Of a stretch of DNA of 35,846 bases, positions 1 to 8,663 are shown one piece after another (position 1 is the first letter of the stretch; each line of letters begins with the position of its first letter). The position numbers and the translations under genes were made by a program. The notes beneath the pieces are model-generated. The model saw only the letters and a list, made by a program, of their open reading frames with translations, made no database searches and was not told where the DNA came from. The DNA lies in the sequence record DRR723986_6243; one strand, given 5' to 3'.

Positions 1-70
1 CGATTAAGAAAGAAGCTGCGGGACAGCTGAGCCCAAGCCGATTGGGCCAAGCAAACCAGTAAGAGAGCAA

Positions 71-862
71 TCAGCCTTCCATGCTCGCCCAAAGCCCGCT
101 CCAGATCCGCATGCCGGCTTGGTCCACTTCGTCCACTGCGCCTAAAAACCGCTCACGGGCCTGAACATTGACCCATTCTGCGGGCAAGAACGGGTCGTAC
201 ACCACATGCTTGATTGCGGTGCCGCCCAACAAGAATGATTCACGGGCGGCGACTTCAGGTTCCAGCGTACCGGAGCGGTCAAGCCAGGTGCGCATTTTCT
301 TTTCCAATTGTGCGTAGTTGGATTCCAGTTCACGTGGGTTCCACAAAGTAGCAATTCGGCGCTGAAGCTCGGAGTCAAAATCACGAGCCTCGAACACCGG
401 CGCGTCTTTCTCCAAACCCAGTTTGTACAATCGATCACGCACACTTTGCAGTGTGTCTTCAATGTTGTTGGGGCGAATGAACAGGTGTTCATTCAATGGT
501 TGAAAGCCCAGCATCAGCAAGGCACGGGCGCGTGCTCGCTGCTGTTTGGCCTCACTGCGCGAGAGCTTGTCGGCTTGTACCACAATGTAGCTGCCATCCC
601 AAGGGCGAACCCGTGTACTTCGGGTGCGCCAGGCGGCTACATCGTCTGCCAGCGTGTGTGCGTCGTCGGTGAGTTGGTACAGGGCGCGGCCTGCTGATTC
701 GATCAGGCCTTCAGCCGAGAGTCGCACTAGCGCCACACGTGTGTTGTTCACGCTGATGTCAAAAATGCCGCAGGCGGCGATGGCCTGTTTGGCTGAAAGG
801 GGTCGACCTTTGGAGGCAAGCAACAGGTCGAGAATGAGGCTTTTGGCGGTGGGTTTGCGCAC
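71..862 (-). CDS. PaaX-family transcriptional regulator (N-terminal wHTH plus PaaX C-terminal domain)
   Basis: 263 aa, GTG start. N-terminal 'SVNNTRVALVRLSAEGLIE...YQLT', central 'WDGSY...RARALLMLGF' and C-terminal 'DPFLPAEW' match the PaaX family. No paa genes nearby, so not called paaX. Confidence 0.8.
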   Translation of the reverse strand: MRKPTAKSLILDLLLASKGRPLSAKQAIAACGIFDISVNNTRVALVRLSAEGLIESAGRALYQLTDDAHTLADDVAAWRTRSTRVRPWDGSYIVVQADKLSRSEAKQQRARARALLMLGFQPLNEHLFIRPNNIEDTLQSVRDRLYKLGLEKDAPVFEARDFDSELQRRIATLWNPRELESNYAQLEKKMRTWLDRSGTLEPEVAARESFLLGGTAIKHVVYDPFLPAEWVNVQARERFLGAVDEVDQAGMRIWSGLWASMEG

Positions 863-973
863 GGCGTACTTGTTCTTCTAAGGCAAACCTGAAGTGTATG
901 CAAGGCAGGCCCGGCACGCAAATTTGGTGGCTTGTTTGTGCGATGATTGCCTCACCCAGAATAAGGAGACGAA

Positions 974-1984
974 ATGATCAGGGCATGGATTTCCCGGACG
1001 GCTGAGCAAGCGCAGGCCGAGATGGAAACTCTCGATGAGTCTGAGTTTGCCGGGCAGGATGTTGTGCTGAAGCTGCATTACAGTTGCCTGAACTACAAAG
1101 ATGCGTTGGCGCTTACCCACACCGCGCCGATTGCGCGCAAGTACCCCATGGTGCATGGCATTGATGCGGTGGGCGAGGTGATTGAATCGAATTCAGACCA
1201 GTGGCCGGTGGGCACAGTGTGCCAGGTGAATGATTGGGGCTTGGGTGAAACGCATTGGGGCGGGCTGGCCGAGCGTGCTAGTGTGCCGGCACAGTGGATT
1301 TCACCGATTCCGCAAGGGCGAAGCGCCAGGTGGGCGGCTGCACTGGGTACGGCTGGCTACACTGCCACCTTGTGTGTCATGGCTTTGCAAGATCACCCGG
1401 TGAAACCGGAAGACGGCCCCGTGCTGGTGACCGGGGTCAGCGGCGGCGTGGGCACGGTGGCATGTTTGCTATTGCAGCATTTGGGTTACGAGGTGGTGGG
1501 TTTGACAGGTTCAATCGATGCCATGGGTGAGCCTGTGTCCGAATCTGCGGCCAAACACTTTGAACGATTGCGGTTGGGTTCAACCCACCTGATTCATCGT
1601 GAGTCCATGTCGCGTCCTGGCAAGCCTTTGCAAAAAGAACAATTCGCGGCGGTGGTTGACAGTGTGGGCAGCCACACCTTGGTGAATGCCTGTGCTCAAA
1701 CCCGATACGGTGGTGTGGTTGCCGCATGTGGCTTGGCGCAGGGCATGGATTTTCAGGGCAGCGTGGCACCTTTCATTTTGAGGGGTATTACCTTGCGTGG
1801 CATTAACTGTGTGTACCGTACCCATGCTGAGCGGGACCGCGCCTGGCGCATGTTGGCGCAGGCCTTGAATGAATATGATCTGGATTTCATGATCAAGGAA
1901 GTGCGTCTTGCCCAGGCCCTTGACAGTGCGCGCCTTGTGTTGGCCAATCAATTGCAGGGGCGTGTGGTGGTGAACTGTGCCTGA
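974..1984 (+). CDS. MDR-family oxidoreductase, acryloyl-CoA reductase AcuI/YhdH-like
   Basis: 'YSCLNYKDALA', 'GLGETHWGGLAE', 'GTAGYTA', 'VLVTGVSGGVG' and 'PFILRGITLRG' are YhdH/AcuI signatures. RBS TAAGGAG upstream of ATG. Confidence 0.85.
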   Translation: MIRAWISRTAEQAQAEMETLDESEFAGQDVVLKLHYSCLNYKDALALTHTAPIARKYPMVHGIDAVGEVIESNSDQWPVGTVCQVNDWGLGETHWGGLAERASVPAQWISPIPQGRSARWAAALGTAGYTATLCVMALQDHPVKPEDGPVLVTGVSGGVGTVACLLLQHLGYEVVGLTGSIDAMGEPVSESAAKHFERLRLGSTHLIHRESMSRPGKPLQKEQFAAVVDSVGSHTLVNACAQTRYGGVVAACGLAQGMDFQGSVAPFILRGITLRGINCVYRTHAERDRAWRMLAQALNEYDLDFMIKEVRLAQALDSARLVLANQLQGRVVVNCA

Positions 1985-2882
1985 AAACCGGGCTTGGGCT
2001 TTGCCGTACCTGGCCCTGGTATTGAATGCATTGGTGTGGGGTGTGTCGTGGTGGCCGCTGCGCGAATTGCAGGGTGAGGGTTTACACCCGTTGTGGTCCT
2101 CTGCATTCACTTACCTGCTGGGTGCGGTGGCCATGTTGTGTTTCATGCCCCGGGTGTGGAGCGAGTTTGTACGTCACAAAGCGTTGTGGCTGCTGGCCCT
2201 GGCGGCTGGCACCACCATGGTGGGCTTTAATTGGGGCGTGTCGATTGGTGAAGTGATCCGGGTGGTGTTGTTGTTCTACCTGATGCCAATTTGGGCGGTG
2301 TTGATTGCGCGTGTTGCCCTGAATGAGCCGATAACCCTGAGGGCCTTGCTGCGTGTGGGTTTGGCTTTCGCTGGTGCAGTGCTGGTGTTAAGCCCCAATG
2401 GTAGCTTGGGTTTCCCGGTGCCTTCAAACTTGGCGGAATGGCTGGGTTTAATGGGTGGCGCAGCATTTGCCCTGAACAACATCATGTTGCGGCATCAGGC
2501 TGCGCGCACCGCGCAGGCGCGTTTGTTCGCCATGTTTGTAGGTGGCATTGTTGCGCCAAGCGCGGTGGCCGCTTTTTTGACCCTGTTGCTGGGCGACGGG
2601 AACGGTTTTGTTCAGTGGCCTGTGTTGCCAGGGCTGTACGGTGGTGTGGTGTTGTTGGGGTTCGCAGCCACTTTGCTGGTGGCTAACTATGGTTTGCAGT
2701 ATGGTGCATCTCGATTGCCGGCCAATGTGACCTCGGTGGTGATGTTGTCAGAGGTGGTGTTTGCTACGTTGTCCGCTATATTGCTGACCAACGAAGTGCT
2801 GACGCTGCAGGTTGGAATTGGCGGGTCCATGATTTTGCTGGCGGCCGCTTTAAGCGCGCTTGAAAACCAGGACACGCATTGA
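1977..2882 (+). CDS. DMT/EamA-family inner-membrane transporter
   Basis: About 10 hydrophobic segments, 'WGVSW', 'LFYLMPIW...LNE', 'SEVVFA'. GTG start overlaps the stop of the upstream gene. Confidence 0.85.
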   Translation: MPENRAWALPYLALVLNALVWGVSWWPLRELQGEGLHPLWSSAFTYLLGAVAMLCFMPRVWSEFVRHKALWLLALAAGTTMVGFNWGVSIGEVIRVVLLFYLMPIWAVLIARVALNEPITLRALLRVGLAFAGAVLVLSPNGSLGFPVPSNLAEWLGLMGGAAFALNNIMLRHQAARTAQARLFAMFVGGIVAPSAVAAFLTLLLGDGNGFVQWPVLPGLYGGVVLLGFAATLLVANYGLQYGASRLPANVTSVVMLSEVVFATLSAILLTNEVLTLQVGIGGSMILLAAALSALENQDTH

Positions 2883-2896
2883 TTGGGAGGAGAAAC

Positions 2897-3658
2897 ATGA
2901 ATCATTTGTTCAAGGTGGCCTTGGCCACGGCAGCGTCTACATTGCGTGGCTGGCAGGGCATGGTGGTGACTGAACCTGCAGCGGTTCAGCCTGAAAAACC
3001 GTTGAAACTATACGAGTTCGAAAGCTGCCCCTACTGCCGCTTGGTGCGTGAAACCCTCACGGAGCTGGCGCTGGACGCTGACATTTACCCCTGCCCCAAG
3101 GGTGGAACGCGGTTTCGTGCGGACGTGCTGGAGTTGGGTGGCAAGGCCCAGTTTCCTTTTTTGGTGGACGACAACACTGGCGTGAAGTTGTATGAGTCAG
3201 CCGACATAATCGAGTACCTGTACACCACCTATGCCAAGCGGGCAGTGCCGTTGCGCGCGAAGGCTGCGTTGCCGCAGGCGGTGTCCAGCCTGGCCAATTC
3301 GGCTTTGGGCTTGGGTGCGGGTACCAAGGTTCGTGCATCGAAAAAGCCTGAGCAAATGTTGACGTTGTACAGTTTTGAAGCATCGCCATTTTGCAGGCCA
3401 GTGCGCGAAGTGTTGTGCGAGCTGGAGATTCCTTACCACTTGGTGAATTTGGGCAAGGAGCAGTTTGCGGACATGGGGGTGAATGGCGTGCATGCTGCCG
3501 TTGGCGAATACAACCCGGTGAAGGGTGGTAAACGCGAGCAGTTCATGGCCAAAACCAACAAGATGATGGTGCCGTATCTGGAAGACCCGAACACGGGCAA
3601 AGCCATGTTCGAATCCAAAGCGATTGTGGAGTACCTGCTGGAAACCTATGGCGGGTGA
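2897..3658 (+). CDS. Tandem GST-N/glutaredoxin-like domain protein
   Basis: Two thioredoxin-fold repeats: 'LYEFESCPYCRLVRE...QFPFLVD...LYESADI' and 'LYSFEASPFCRPVRE...VPYLED...MFESKAI'. Start moved to ATG 2897, which has a GGAGGAG RBS. Confidence 0.8.
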   Translation: MNHLFKVALATAASTLRGWQGMVVTEPAAVQPEKPLKLYEFESCPYCRLVRETLTELALDADIYPCPKGGTRFRADVLELGGKAQFPFLVDDNTGVKLYESADIIEYLYTTYAKRAVPLRAKAALPQAVSSLANSALGLGAGTKVRASKKPEQMLTLYSFEASPFCRPVREVLCELEIPYHLVNLGKEQFADMGVNGVHAAVGEYNPVKGGKREQFMAKTNKMMVPYLEDPNTGKAMFESKAIVEYLLETYGG

Positions 3659-3661
3659 GGT

Positions 3662-4729
3662 TTATTTCGGGATGAAGAACATCACGGTCTCTGTCCAGCC
3701 TTCGGTGTAGTGGCGCAAATACACGTTGTAGTCGTTGCGTACACCGAGAATGATTTCAGGCACTTGCCAGAAATGGGCAGGGTCGTGGTACACCGCCACG
3801 GCTAGTTTGGGGTGGTCTTCCTGAATATGCCACTTCATGCCTTCTAGTGCTTTGGGTTCTGCACCTTCCAGGTCAAGCTTGATGAAGCTCACCGATTCTG
3901 TGACCCGATTGTCGAGTGCATCCACTTCGATTTTTACACGGCCTGTTTCCGAAATTTTGCTGGCCGAGCCTGCATCTGCATCAAATGACAGAGTTTGCTT
4001 TGCATCAAACAAGCCCACTGGATGGTAGTGAATGTCGCGGTGCTGGCCCAGTTTGCTTTTGGCCTTCCCAAGAGTGGTTTCAGTGGGCTCGAAAAAGTGC
4101 ACACCACCATACTGCGGGCATCGCTTGATGAATTCTTCAGTGGTGTAGCCGTCAAAGCCGCCACCATCCACAAAAACCTCGCCTGGTGAAAATTTTACAA
4201 AGGGTTCGAAATATTGCTGGTCGGCTGTGTAGTCGAAAAACCGCATGGCACGCAGGTTGGCGTTCAGGCGAAACTCCATAACCCGGTTAAAGACTTCCCG
4301 CGATTCCTGATCGGTGAACAGGTCGCGCACCCATTCAAATTTTTCGGGGTGGGCTGCGTATTCTTTTTGGGTGTCTGCCAGGGCTTGCACTTGCGGCAGC
4401 AGAAAATGACTGGCGTCAGCCACTGCAAAGTAATCCATCGACACCACACCATTGAGGCGCAGCAGTTTGTTCATGGCGGTTTTGGGGCGCGCCTGTGTCA
4501 CGGTTGAAATCACCATGCTGCCAGCGGGCACCTGGCTTAATTTCAAGACAGGTTTGCCGAGGTATTCGGTGGCGGTGGTGTATTCGTCAATAAAGCCGTC
4601 GAGGTTTGTACGGCTGGCCACTGCATCAGCAAACTCGTTAATGCCCAGCACATAGCGTTTCTGGGTGGTGTTGCCAAAAAATTCCGCATGAAAGGCGGCG
4701 GCGTGGGCTTTTTGACTGAGTTGTTTCAT
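3662..4729 (-). CDS. FkbM-family SAM-dependent methyltransferase with N-terminal extension
   Basis: 'FVDGGGFDG', 'FEP', 'FIKLDLEGAE', 'PKLAVAVYH', 'YLRHY'. Confidence 0.85.
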   Translation of the reverse strand: MKQLSQKAHAAAFHAEFFGNTTQKRYVLGINEFADAVASRTNLDGFIDEYTTATEYLGKPVLKLSQVPAGSMVISTVTQARPKTAMNKLLRLNGVVSMDYFAVADASHFLLPQVQALADTQKEYAAHPEKFEWVRDLFTDQESREVFNRVMEFRLNANLRAMRFFDYTADQQYFEPFVKFSPGEVFVDGGGFDGYTTEEFIKRCPQYGGVHFFEPTETTLGKAKSKLGQHRDIHYHPVGLFDAKQTLSFDADAGSASKISETGRVKIEVDALDNRVTESVSFIKLDLEGAEPKALEGMKWHIQEDHPKLAVAVYHDPAHFWQVPEIILGVRNDYNVYLRHYTEGWTETVMFFIPK

Positions 4730-4933
4730 GGCGAGGCACGTAGAAGGTGACGATGAAACCAGTCTAAAGACATCGTTGACGGCGGTAGCTTCGGAAAAGC
4801 GAGGGAAAACAGGTGCTTATGGGTTGTTTAGCTCAAGCTGGGTCGTCATGCCGGGTGGGGGCTAGACTGGTATTTCCACATTCGATTACCCTGATGGCCT
4901 CATTGACAATTTTTTGGCTCGCAGGATCTGCTT

Positions 4934-5374
4934 ATGCATTTAAATGACGTGGAATATGCCGGATTTTGGATTCGGCTAGGAGCAACCGTGGTGGATATGA
5001 TCCTAATCACTGTGATCACGGCTCCGGTGCTGTATCTGATGTACGGCTCAGTCTATGGCGATGCGAATAATCCGGAAATTTACAGGGGAATGGGAGAGGT
5101 AGTCGTATCTTGGATCGCCCCTGCGATCGCCACCATACTTTTTTGGATATACCGCCAGGCCACACCTGGCAAAATGTTGTTTGCACTCAAAGTAATCGAT
5201 GCTGAAACTGGCGCTACCTTGAAGCTGGGGCAGGCGATTGGTCGATATTTTGCTTACTATATTTCTTTCCTTCCACTTGGTTTGGGTGTCATTTGGATCG
5301 TGTTTGATTCGAAAAAGCGGTCTTGGCACGACAAGCTTGCCAATACTGTGGTGATCAGAGACGATCGTTTGTAA
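4934..5374 (+). CDS. RDD-family membrane protein
   Basis: 'YAGFWIRLGATVVD', 'ATPGK', 'WHDKLANTVVI' carry the conserved R, D and D residues. Confidence 0.88.
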   Translation: MHLNDVEYAGFWIRLGATVVDMILITVITAPVLYLMYGSVYGDANNPEIYRGMGEVVVSWIAPAIATILFWIYRQATPGKMLFALKVIDAETGATLKLGQAIGRYFAYYISFLPLGLGVIWIVFDSKKRSWHDKLANTVVIRDDRL

Positions 5375-5395
5375 CCTGTTACCTTGCTAATCCAA

Positions 5396-6088
5396 TTACC
5401 TTCTGTCCCAAGTGCCCATCAACCAGTCCATGATGGGGTAGGTGATATTGAAATTCTTGTGCGCCATGATCCGCTGGTCGTGGTGCGTGGTGTGCAGGCG
5501 CGCAAAGCGTGTGAATCCGGGAATGCGATGCACCCAGTGATCTTCTTTCAAGTGGTACGACAGGTGCAGCAGTTCATAGTTGAGGTAATAGGCCATGCCG
5601 GTGGCTACCAGCAACAGGGCCACATTGGGGCTGAACAGCCAGGCCAGTAAAAAGCCCATGGGCACGAAAAACGCCACCACAAAAAACCCGACAATTGCGA
5701 TTGGAAACAGCACGGCTTTGAAATCCTGGTTGCTGTCAATTTCCATGTGGGTGTCGGTGAAAAACTTGTGGTGTTGCAGCGAGTGCCGTTTGTACACAAA
5801 GCCAAGGCCCTTGACCGGGCGGTGCATGGCGTATTTGTGGCCCGCCCATTCCGCAAAATTGGCATACAAAAAGGTGGCGGGTATGGTCAACCATTCCAGT
5901 GCGCTGGGGGACTCTAGCCAGTAAATACACAGCGCGATCACGCCCAAGCCCAAGGTCATTGTCATGGCCAAATGCAGGTAGCCTTGGTAACCCGCTGAAA
6001 TGAATTCTGCCCTGTAGTTGGCCCGAACTGAGCGGACTGCCTCGTCCTGGGACTCCTTGGGCACAAGCTGTTTGACTTTGGCATGCAT
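5396..6088 (-). CDS. Sterol desaturase / fatty acid hydroxylase family membrane protein
   Basis: His boxes 'HKYAMH', 'HSLQHH', 'HLSYH', 'HTTHH' and 'NFNIT...DWLMGT'. Start moved to ATG 6088, which has a GGGAG RBS. Confidence 0.85.
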   Translation of the reverse strand: MHAKVKQLVPKESQDEAVRSVRANYRAEFISAGYQGYLHLAMTMTLGLGVIALCIYWLESPSALEWLTIPATFLYANFAEWAGHKYAMHRPVKGLGFVYKRHSLQHHKFFTDTHMEIDSNQDFKAVLFPIAIVGFFVVAFFVPMGFLLAWLFSPNVALLLVATGMAYYLNYELLHLSYHLKEDHWVHRIPGFTRFARLHTTHHDQRIMAHKNFNITYPIMDWLMGTWDRR

Positions 6089-6104
6089 GGTATTACTGTC
6101 TCCC

Positions 6105-6130
6105 ACATTATGAATTTTATTTTGTAATGT
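6105..6130. promoter_or_regulatory. Candidate operator dyad ACATTA-N14-TAATGT in the desaturase/aldolase divergent intergenic region
   Basis: Inverted repeat at 6105-6110 / 6125-6130 around an AT-rich core, abutting the desaturase RBS. Confidence 0.35.
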
Positions 6131-6238
6131 TAGATTGCCCCTGATTGCCTTGAATTTCAAGCGCTTTTGCAAGCGCATGCGCGTGCGCTGGTACACTTTG
6201 GGAAAAGACAATTCCAAAAGCAGCAAAGGAGACTCACC

Positions 6239-7006
6239 ATGAACGCACCGCTTTCAAGTACCCCACCCGCCCATATTGGCCAACAGGAATGGCAGGCCCG
6301 CGTTGATTTGGCTGCAGCTTACCGTTTGGTGGCCATGCACAAATGGGACGATTTGGTGTTCACGCATATTTCGGCACGGGTGCCCGGCGAAGACGGCCAC
6401 TTCTTGATCAACCCCTATGGTTTCATGTTCGAAGAAATCACCGCCAGCAGCCTGGTGAAGGTGAACATGAATTGCGAGAAAGTGGACAACAGCCCCTACG
6501 ACGTAAACCCGGCTGGTTTCACCATTCACAGCGCTGTGCATGCCATTCGGCATGATGCGCACTGCGTGATGCACACCCACACCGTGGCGGGCGTTGCGGT
6601 GTCTATTCAGGAACAGGGTTTGTTGCCAATTTCACAGCAGTCCCTGTTTCCCTTGGCTGGGCTGGCATATCACGACTACGAAGGTTTGGCCTTGCGCGAA
6701 GATGAGAAGGCCCGCTTGCAGGCCGACCTCGGCGAAGCCAACAACCTGATTTTGCGCAACCATGGTTTGCTGACCTGTGGTGCCACGGTGGCCGATGCGT
6801 TCTTGAATATGTTTATTTTGCAGCGCGCCTGTGAGGTTCAAATTGCGGCGCAATCGGGTGGCGCGCAATTGATTCCGATTGCCCAGCCGATTGTGGACGG
6901 TATCAAGGCAGCGGCTGCGCAGGTAACCCGCGGTTTGGGTGGCAATATTGCCTGGCCCGCGCTGCTGCGCAAGCTGGACCGCGAACAGCCGGATTACAAA
7001 AACTGA
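6239..7006 (+). CDS. Class II aldolase/adducin family protein
   Basis: 'HISAR', 'FLINPYG', 'GFTIHSAVH', 'MHTHT', 'LRNHG' (Zn ligands). ATG 6239 has an AAGGAG RBS. Confidence 0.9.
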   Translation: MNAPLSSTPPAHIGQQEWQARVDLAAAYRLVAMHKWDDLVFTHISARVPGEDGHFLINPYGFMFEEITASSLVKVNMNCEKVDNSPYDVNPAGFTIHSAVHAIRHDAHCVMHTHTVAGVAVSIQEQGLLPISQQSLFPLAGLAYHDYEGLALREDEKARLQADLGEANNLILRNHGLLTCGATVADAFLNMFILQRACEVQIAAQSGGAQLIPIAQPIVDGIKAAAAQVTRGLGGNIAWPALLRKLDREQPDYKN

Positions 7007-7009
7007 CGA

Positions 7010-7339
7010 TTAGGGATTGTTTCCACCAGTCACGATGGAAACATACTTCGCCAGAATTTTCATTTGATCCACGGTCAAATGATCAACAAAAGGGGGCATG
7101 CCCCCTTTGCCGTTTTTAAGTGCATTCAACACGCGTTCTTCGCTGGGTTTGAGCACATCGAGCACCGGACCAATTTTGCCCTTGGTGCCAGCATCGGCCA
7201 GGGTGTGGCAAATGGCGCAGGCCGGGTCCGCATCGGTTTGAAACAGTTTGCGACCCTGTTCAAGAATGGCGGCGTCGTCCATGGCGAAAGCATTGAATGT
7301 GCTCAGGCTTAACACCAACATGCAGCTGAATTTCACCAT
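7010..7339 (-). CDS. Periplasmic monoheme class I cytochrome c, SorU-like
   Basis: Signal peptide ending AFA, heme motif 'CAICH', 'TLADAG..G.IGPVLD.LKP', axial Met in 'GMPPF'. GGGAG RBS. Confidence 0.85.
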   Translation of the reverse strand: MVKFSCMLVLSLSTFNAFAMDDAAILEQGRKLFQTDADPACAICHTLADAGTKGKIGPVLDVLKPSEERVLNALKNGKGGMPPFVDHLTVDQMKILAKYVSIVTGGNNP

Positions 7340-7360
7340 GGCTGAACTCCCTGTGTTTGA

Positions 7361-8602
7361 TCACGCCCTTAATTTGCGGGCCTTGAACAAGCCCCAACTG
7401 CTATCCAGAATATAGAAAAACAGGGCTTTCAGGGCGCTCTCGTTCGGGACAGGGTTTTTGCCTTTGCCCATGCGATGAATTTGGCGGGTGTACCACTGAA
7501 TTTCCAGCAAACCAGTGCGGTCCACGGCTTTGACACCGGTAATCAAGGGCTTCACCGGGTGCAGGGCTTCCTTGTTGTCCAGCAGGCGTTTGGGCAAGTC
7601 GGGTTCAATGGCGATGGAGCGGGCAAGGCCAATCAAATCCACAGCACCACTGTTCAGCGCTTCTTTCATGCCGCCCACGGTGCGAAAACCCCCAGTCAGC
7701 ATCAGTGGCACTTTGCACACGGCACGAACTTTCTCGGTGAAGTCGATGAAGTAGGCCTCGCGCTTCACGGTACTTTCCTTCTTGGGTTTTGCACTTGCGC
7801 CCGTCATGGCGGGGGCTTCGTAGGTGCCGCCCGACACTTCAATCATATCGATGCCACGGGCAGTCAATTCCTGGATCACCGCCAGTGATTCTTCCTCTGA
7901 AAAGCCACCCTTTTGGAAGTCGGCTGAATTCAGCTTGATGCCCACCGGGAATTTGGGCCCGACTTGTTTGCGTACTTCGTCGTACACCGCCAGAACAAAG
8001 CGACGGCGGTTTTCGGCGTTGCCACCCCACTGGTCAGTGCGCTGATTGCTCAGTGGGCTCAAAAACTGGCTGATCAAGTAGCCATGCGCGCCGTGAATTT
8101 GCACTCCATCAAACCCCGCGTCTTTACACACTTTTGCAGTGCGGCCCCAGCGGGCAATCAGATCAAGGATTTCAGTCTCGGTCAGTTCGCGTGGCGTGGC
8201 AAACATCATTTGCAGACTTTTGTGGAAAGGCACCGCCGAAGGCGATACTGTTTCCTTGTTCATGCCCTTGGGGCACTGTTTGCCAGGGTGGTTGATTTGC
8301 ACCCAGATTTTGCTGCCATTTGCTTGGCCTGCCTTGGCCCACTGCTGCAGAAGGGGCATGTCGCGGTCGTCTTCAATTACGACGTTGCCCGGCTCTGCAC
8401 GTGCCCGGCGGTCAATCATCACATTCCCGGTTATATTCAAACCAATGCCACCGGCTGTCCAGCGCTGGTAGACCCGCACAATTTGTGGTGTAACCCGGTT
8501 GTCGCGGGTGCCCAAGGCTTCGCTCATGGCGGCTTTCACCAAGCGGTTGGGAACAGTGGCGCCACAGGGCAAGGTCAATGGGTCGCGAAGTTCAATGCGC
8601 AT
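7361..8602 (-). CDS. NADH:flavin oxidoreductase / old yellow enzyme family
   Basis: 'NRLVKAAMSE', 'QINHPG', 'GFDGVQIHGAHGYLISQFLSP', 'RTDQWGG'. Start moved to ATG 8602 (GGAGA RBS), because the longer ORF overlaps the divergent gene. Confidence 0.9.
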   Translation of the reverse strand: MRIELRDPLTLPCGATVPNRLVKAAMSEALGTRDNRVTPQIVRVYQRWTAGGIGLNITGNVMIDRRARAEPGNVVIEDDRDMPLLQQWAKAGQANGSKIWVQINHPGKQCPKGMNKETVSPSAVPFHKSLQMMFATPRELTETEILDLIARWGRTAKVCKDAGFDGVQIHGAHGYLISQFLSPLSNQRTDQWGGNAENRRRFVLAVYDEVRKQVGPKFPVGIKLNSADFQKGGFSEEESLAVIQELTARGIDMIEVSGGTYEAPAMTGASAKPKKESTVKREAYFIDFTEKVRAVCKVPLMLTGGFRTVGGMKEALNSGAVDLIGLARSIAIEPDLPKRLLDNKEALHPVKPLITGVKAVDRTGLLEIQWYTRQIHRMGKGKNPVPNESALKALFFYILDSSWGLFKARKLRA

Positions 8603-8663
8603 CGTGGGGGTCTCCGGTGGTTCTAAATTGAAAATTATTGTTGTCACATGGTAGCTTGGGTGC

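Noticed and set aside
3-62. Open frame ending at TAA 60-62, possibly the 3' end of an upstream gene
   Set aside because: Only 19 codons are visible; cannot be identified or confirmed.
4821-4902. tRNA-like text (GGGTTGTTTAGCTCAAGCTGG...TTCGATT)
   Set aside because: Resembles D-loop and T-loop boxes, but the T-arm and anticodon arm do not pair, the acceptor stem is mostly wobble pairs, and there is no CCA. tRNAscan-SE/ARAGORN would settle it.
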